Virus record (IMG/VR): IMGVR_UViG_2563366971_000008
Length of the DNA stretch: 12,702 nucleotides
Direction: 5' to 3' (one strand)
Origin: a virus
Taxonomy: Duplodnaviria > Heunggongvirae > Uroviricota > Caudoviricetes
Below, piece by piece: positions 7,324 through 12,702 of the stretch (within the stretch, counting starts at the first letter, position 1; every line of letters begins with the position of its first letter). A model generated the notes under the pieces. That model made no database searches, was not told the origin of the DNA, and saw nothing but the letters and a program-made list of their open reading frames with translations. The translations under genes were made by a program, and so were the position numbers.

Positions 7324-7644
7324 ATGAAAACACCCTTACCGCCCGTCTTACGCGCTGCCCTTTACCGTCGCGCTGTCGCCTGTGCCTGGCTGACCGTGTG
7401 CGAACGTCAGCACCGCTACCCGCATCTCACCCTTGAATCACTGGAGGCGGCCATCGCCGCTGAGCTGGAAGGCTTTTATCTGCGCCAGCACGGTGAGGAA
7501 AAAGGGCGTCAGATAGCCTGTGCCCTGCTGGAAGATTTAATGGAATCCGGCCCCCTGAAGGCCGCGCCGTCGCTGTCCTTTCTCGGGCTGGTTGTGATGG
7601 ATGAACTCTGTGCCCGTCACATAAAAGCGCCGGTACTGCACTGA
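7324..7644 (+). CDS. P4 orf106-like protein (106 aa)
   Basis: Strong Shine-Dalgarno GGGAGGA upstream of the ATG. 106 aa, immediately upstream of alpha as in P4. Confidence 0.7.
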
Positions 7645-7658
7645 AGGAGAACAACACC

Positions 7659-8624
7659 ATGAAAATGAACGTAACCGCCACCGTCAGCCATGCGCTCGGC
7701 CACTGGCCGCGTATCCTCCCGGCGCTGGGGATTCAGGTGCTGAAAAACCGTCATCAGCCCTGTCCGGTCTGTGGCGGGAGTGACCGCTTCCGTTTTGATG
7801 ACAGGGAGGGGCGCGGCACCTGGTACTGCAATCAGTGTGGTGCCGGTGACGGCCTGAAACTGGTTGAAAAGGTGTTTGGTGTCTCCCCGTCCGACGCGGC
7901 CACAAAGGTGGCTGCCGTGACCGGCAGCCTGCCCCCGGCTGACCCGGCAGTGACGGCCGCCGCCGGTGCTGAAACAGACGCTGCCCGGAAGAACGCCGCC
8001 GCACTGGCACAAACCCTGATGGCGAAAACCCGTCCCGGAACCGGTAACGCCTACCTGACCCGCAAGGGCTTTCCCGGCCGGGAATGCCGGATGCTGACCG
8101 GCACACACAGAGCCGGTGGCGTGAGCTGGCGTGCCGGTGACCTTGTGGTGCCACTGTATGACGACAGCGGCGAACTGGTTAACCTTCAGTTAATCAGTGC
8201 TGACGGCCGTAAGCGCACCCTGAAAGGCGGACAGGTCAGGGGCACCTGTCACACCCTTGAAGGACAGAATCAGGCCGGAAAACGTCTGTGGATAGCGGAG
8301 GGATACGCGACCGCACTTACCGTGCATCACCTGACCGGTGAAACGGTGATGGTGGCGCTTTCTTCCGTGAATCTCCTTTCTCTGGCCAGCCTTGCCCGGC
8401 AGAAGCATCCGGCCTGTCAGATTGTCCTTGCTGCTGACCGTGACCTCAGCGGTGACGGCCAGAAAAAAGCCGCCGCAGCCGCAGATGCGTGTGAAGGTGT
8501 GTTGCCCTGCCGCCGGTCTTCGGTGACTGGAATGATGCCTTCACGCAGTACGGCGGGGAAGCCACCCGTAAGGCCATTTATGATGCCATCCGGCCACCGG
8601 CTGAAAGCCCGTTCGACACCATGA
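7659..8624 (+). CDS. alpha: alpha primase-helicase, N-terminal fragment (zinc-binding primase/TOPRIM part), interrupted by a frameshift
   Basis: AAGGAGA Shine-Dalgarno. CPVCGG...CNQCG zinc motif, then EGYATA and AADRD TOPRIM-like motifs. After about residue 280 the translation becomes Arg/Pro/Ser-rich nonsense, while the protein-like sequence continues in another frame. Confidence 0.8.
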   Translation: MKMNVTATVSHALGHWPRILPALGIQVLKNRHQPCPVCGGSDRFRFDDREGRGTWYCNQCGAGDGLKLVEKVFGVSPSDAATKVAAVTGSLPPADPAVTAAAGAETDAARKNAAALAQTLMAKTRPGTGNAYLTRKGFPGRECRMLTGTHRAGGVSWRAGDLVVPLYDDSGELVNLQLISADGRKRTLKGGQVRGTCHTLEGQNQAGKRLWIAEGYATALTVHHLTGETVMVALSSVNLLSLASLARQKHPACQIVLAADRDLSGDGQKKAAAAADACEGVLPCRRSSVTGMMPSRSTAGKPPVRPFMMPSGHRLKARSTP

Positions 8625-9991
8625 GCGAAGCGGAGTTTTCCGCCATGAGTACCAGCGAAAAGGCCATGCGTATCTATGAGCATTACGGCGAGGCGCTCGC
8701 GGTTGATGCCAACGGCCAGCTTCTGTCCCGTTATGAAAATGGTGTCTGGAAGGTGCTGCCACCACAGGACTTTGCCCGGGATGTGGCCGGGCTGTTTCAG
8801 CGGCTGCGCGCGCCGTTCTCCTCCGGGAAGGTGGCCTCCGTGGTGGACACCCTGAAGCTGATTATTCCGCAGCAGGAAGCCCCCTCCCGCCGCCTGATTG
8901 GCTTTCGTAACGGCGTGCTCGACACGCAGAACGGCACGTTCCACCCGCACAGTCCGTCACACTGGATGCGCACCCTGTGCGATGTGGATTTCACCCCACC
9001 GGTGGAAGGGGAAACGCTGGAAACCCACGCCCCCGCGTTCTGGCGCTGGCTTGACCGTGCCGCCGGTGGCCGTGCGGAAAAACGCGACGTGATTCTGGCC
9101 GCACTGTTTATGGTGCTGGCAAACCGCTATGACTGGCAGCTCTTTCTGGAGGTGACCGGTCCCGGCGGCAGCGGCAAAAGTATCATGGCCGAAATAGCCA
9201 CCCTGCTGGCCGGGGAGGATAACGCCACGTCGGCCACCATTGAGACGCTGGAATCCCCGCGTGAACGTGCCGCGTTAACTGGCTTCTCACTGATACGCCT
9301 GCCGGACCAGGAAAAATGGAGCGGCGACGGTGCCGGACTCAAGGCCATCACCGGCGGCGATGCGGTGTCCGTGGACCCGAAATACCGGGATGCGTACTCC
9401 ACGCATATCCCGGCGGTGATTCTGGCCGTGAACAATAACCCGATGCGCTTCACCGACCGCAGCGGCGGCGTGTCACGCCGGCGGGTGATTATTCACTTCC
9501 CGGAACAGATAGCCCCGCAGGAGCGCGACCCGCAGCTTAAGGACAAAATCACCCGCGAGCTGGCGGTCATCGTGCGTCACCTGATGCAGAAGTTCAGCGA
9601 CCCGATGCTCGCCCGGTCACTGCTTCAGTCCCAGCAGAACTCAGACGAGGCACTGAACATCAAACGGGATGCCGACCCGACGTTTGATTTTATCGGCTAT
9701 CTGGAAACCCTGCCGCAGACCAGCGGCATGTATATGGGGAACGCCAGTATCATCCCGCGTAACTACCGTAAATACCTCTATCACGCCTATCTGGCCTACA
9801 TGGAGGCAAACGGCTACCGGAATGTACTCAGTCTGAAAATGTTCGGGCTGGGGCTGCCGGTGATGCTGAAGGAATACGGGCTGAATTACGAGAAGCGCCA
9901 TACCAAACAGGGGATACAGACCAACCTGACGCTGAAAGAGGAAAGCTACGGCGACTGGCTGCCAAAATGTGACGACCCTGCAACAACCTGA
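8495..9991 (+). CDS. alpha: alpha primase-helicase, C-terminal fragment (helicase with Walker A GPGGSGKS, plus C-terminal DNA-binding part)
   Basis: This frame is open from 8495 (first ATG at 8621) and reads VALPPVFGDWNDAFTQYGGEATRKAIYDAIRPP before the listed ORF. The two fragments sum to 777 aa, the length of P4 alpha. Confidence 0.8.
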   Translation, partial: RCVALPPVFGDWNDAFTQYGGEATRKAIYDAIRPPAESPFDTMSEAEFSAMSTSEKAMRIYEHYGEALAVDANGQLLSRYENGVWKVLPPQDFARDVAGLFQRLRAPFSSGKVASVVDTLKLIIPQQEAPSRRLIGFRNGVLDTQNGTFHPHSPSHWMRTLCDVDFTPPVEGETLETHAPAFWRWLDRAAGGRAEKRDVILAALFMVLANRYDWQLFLEVTGPGGSGKSIMAEIATLLAGEDNATSATIETLESPRERAALTGFSLIRLPDQEKWSGDGAGLKAITGGDAVSVDPKYRDAYSTHIPAVILAVNNNPMRFTDRSGGVSRRRVIIHFPEQIAPQERDPQLKDKITRELAVIVRHLMQKFSDPMLARSLLQSQQNSDEALNIKRDADPTFDFIGYLETLPQTSGMYMGNASIIPRNYRKYLYHAYLAYMEANGYRNVLSLKMFGLGLPVMLKEYGLNYEKRHTKQGIQTNLTLKEESYGDWLPKCDDPATT

Positions 9992-10007
9992 CCATCATGA
10001 CTCATCT

Positions 10008-10032
10008 GACCGGCATCTGCCGGTCTTTTTTT
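10008..10032 (+). terminator. rho-independent terminator after alpha
   Basis: GACCGGCA / TGCCGGTC stem followed by TTTTTTT, 17 nt after the alpha stop. Confidence 0.5.
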
Positions 10033-10050
10033 ATCCCTGAATTCCCCGAA

Positions 10051-10142
10051 GGTGAACAATCCACTGTTCACCCTTCACCCATTATTCACCACCTATCACT
10101 CTGAAATAAAAGGAGAAAATCAAAGAGTGAACAGTGTGAACA
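10051..10142. repeat. crr-like iteron cluster (direct and inverted TGTTCACC-related octamers) downstream of alpha
   Basis: GGTGAACA at 10051, TGTTCACC at 10065, and 7/8 matches at 10083, 10127 and 10135. Placement downstream of alpha matches the P4 cis replication region. Confidence 0.55.
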
Positions 10143-10438
10143 GTTCTTTCGAAAAAAAATTTTTTTCCTGTACGATATAGCATCAATCCAAGTAAAAATG
10201 CGCTTTCATTTCACATTAACTTACAGCCATTGGTATACGATTAGGTATACGCACAAAAACTGAATTAAATAAAATCGTTAAAAATCAAAGCGATACAATA
10301 TTTATTCAAACTCCGCCAGCACGGTGTAAGGACTACACCAACAAAAACAGGAAGTTATAAGTCTCAGAAGGACACCGACCAGACGGTGAGGAGACAAAAA
10401 AGGATACGCAACGGAGTCGCGACTCCCTATGACATTAA

Positions 10439-10462
10439 AGCCCGCTGATGCGGGCTTTTTTA
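10439..10462 (+). terminator. rho-independent terminator in the satellite/host junction region
   Basis: AGCCCGC, loop TGAT, GCGGGCT, then TTTTTTATT. It is preceded by a perfect 14-bp palindrome GGAGTCGCGACTCC at 10413-10426. Confidence 0.5.
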
Positions 10463-10892
10463 TTGGTCCTGACCCGCCCTGAATAGAATTCATCCAATTA
10501 CAGTCCAGACATATACAGTATCCCTCAGCTCAGTATCAGCTTCTCGACAAATGGTCACTGTTATTTACCCGTTGCCAGAAAGAGAATAATTTGCCCCCAT
10601 AGCCAGCCTTCCCGGAATCTGTATATTCATTAATATTGTTATCGATTCCATCAAGTAACATAGGTTGGATGCGATTGATCTTACTCACATTAGTCGACAC
10701 GGAACTCAGTAAGTTGAACTCTGGAAAAGCAGTTTAAATAGCATTTAAACAAATGCCACCAGTTCGAAAAAGAGTATAAGCACACTTAATATATTGTTTT
10801 AATTATTCATTTCCTTTCAACCCAATTCTTATCCCTCACATTATTTGTTATTAATTTGTTGTTTTTGATCACAATAAGAAAACAATATGTAA

Positions 10893-11969
<1,077 letters not shown>

Positions 11970-11988
11970 GCGCAAAGGAATTGAGCGG

Positions 11989-12702
11989 ATGTATGATTTT
12001 GTGATTATTGGCGGCGGCATCATCGGCATGTCGACCGCCATGCAACTGATTGATGTTTATCCGGATGCCCGCATTGCGTTGCTGGAAAAAGAGTCCGGCC
12101 CGGCCTGTCACCAGACGGGCCACAACAGCGGCGTGATCCATGCCGGAGTCTATTACACGCCCGGCAGCCTGAAGGCGCAGTTTTGCCTGGCGGGGAACCG
12201 TGCCACTAAAGTCTTTTGCGATCAAAACGGCATTCGCTACGACAACTGCGGCAAGATGCTGGTCGCCACGTCTGAACTCGAAATGGAACGGATGAATGCG
12301 TTATGGAAACGCACGGCGGCAAACGGAATCGAGCGCGAGTGGTTAAACGCCGAGGAGCTGCGCGAGCGTGAACCGAATATCACCGGGCTTGGCGGCATTT
12401 TTGTGCCGTCCAGCGGCATTGTCAGCTACCGCGAAGTGACGGCGGCGATGGCAAAAATCTTCCAGGCCAGAGGTGGTGAGATTATTTATAACGCCGAAGT
12501 CAGCGCCCTCAGTGAGCATAAAAACGGCGTGGTGATACGTACCCGTCAGGGCGGTGAATATGAAGCATCGACGCTGATTAGCTGTTCCGGGCTGATGGCT
12601 GACCGGCAAGGTGAATACGTACTCTGCGGGCATGGGGCTGATGCCGGGTCATGTTTATCGCGCGCTTTATCCTTGCCCGCTGCACGGCATAAGCGAGGAT
12701 GA
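11989..12702 (+). CDS. lhgO: L-2-hydroxyglutarate oxidase LhgO (YgaF), 5' partial; runs off the window
   Basis: ATG at 11989 with AAGGAA 8 nt upstream. N-terminal FAD-binding motif MYDFVIIGGGIIG. The listed ORF start at 11923 lies inside csiD and is not the real start. Confidence 0.85.
   Translation: MYDFVIIGGGIIGMSTAMQLIDVYPDARIALLEKESGPACHQTGHNSGVIHAGVYYTPGSLKAQFCLAGNRATKVFCDQNGIRYDNCGKMLVATSELEMERMNALWKRTAANGIEREWLNAEELREREPNITGLGGIFVPSSGIVSYREVTAAMAKIFQARGGEIIYNAEVSALSEHKNGVVIRTRQGGEYEASTLISCSGLMADRQGEYVLCGHGADAGSCLSRALSLPAARHKRG

Larger units (their letters stand above)
1..10142. mobile_element. P4-like phage satellite, partial; the integrase side lies beyond the left window edge and the right boundary is unresolved within 10143-10990
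   Basis: Gene order and sizes match P4 (Psu 190 aa, Delta 166 aa, Sid about 244 aa, orf88, orf151, orf106, alpha 777 aa as 321+456). The P2/P4 cos core and TGTTCACC iterons are present. The GC-rich backbone contrasts with the AT-rich cargo. Confidence 0.8.

Noticed and set aside
7427-9901. Multiple minus-strand ORFs (for example 7617-8108, 7684-8154, 8417-8950, 9127-9453, 9641-9901) and the plus ORF at 8898-9092
   Set aside because: Antisense or alternative frames within the GC-rich alpha gene, with Arg/Pro/Gly-rich composition typical of spurious ORFs.
10302-10493. 63-aa minus-strand ORF
   Set aside because: It overlaps the plus-strand palindrome and terminator structure, has no Shine-Dalgarno, and sits in a likely non-coding junction.
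12600-12702. Possible divergence or rearrangement at the 3' end of the lhgO fragment
   Set aside because: The last ~30 codons did not look like what I vaguely expect for LhgO, and an alternative frame reads more protein-like. I cannot recall the reference sequence well enough; an alignment is needed before claiming a disruption.

Overview
The window holds most of a P4-like phage satellite (prophage state) inserted upstream of the host csiD-lhgO operon, with an AT-rich cargo block at its left end that I consider the candidate undescribed system. The GC-rich backbone (about 2986-10142) has P4 gene order and gene sizes: a cos site, the psu-delta-sid late operon on the minus strand, TGTTCACC iteron clusters, an 88-aa AlpA-like regulator, small ORFs of 95, 151 and 106 aa, and an alpha primase-helicase split into 321-aa and 456-aa fragments by a frameshift. 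The left 3 kb (1-2985) is sharply AT-rich and sits in the variable cos/psu-proximal position where P4-like satellites carry anti-phage cargo. It encodes a minus-strand three-gene cassette: a ~90-aa single-pass membrane protein, a 182-aa protein with no recognisable motif, and a 565-aa SMC/ABC-type P-loop ATPase with a long central coiled coil. I could not assign this cassette to any defence family I can recall by name and architecture; that needs a database search. The right end carries csiD (glaH) and the 5' part of lhgO. No CRISPR array, tRNA or rRNA was recognised. All calls rest on reading the sequence and recalled family knowledge; no searches were run.
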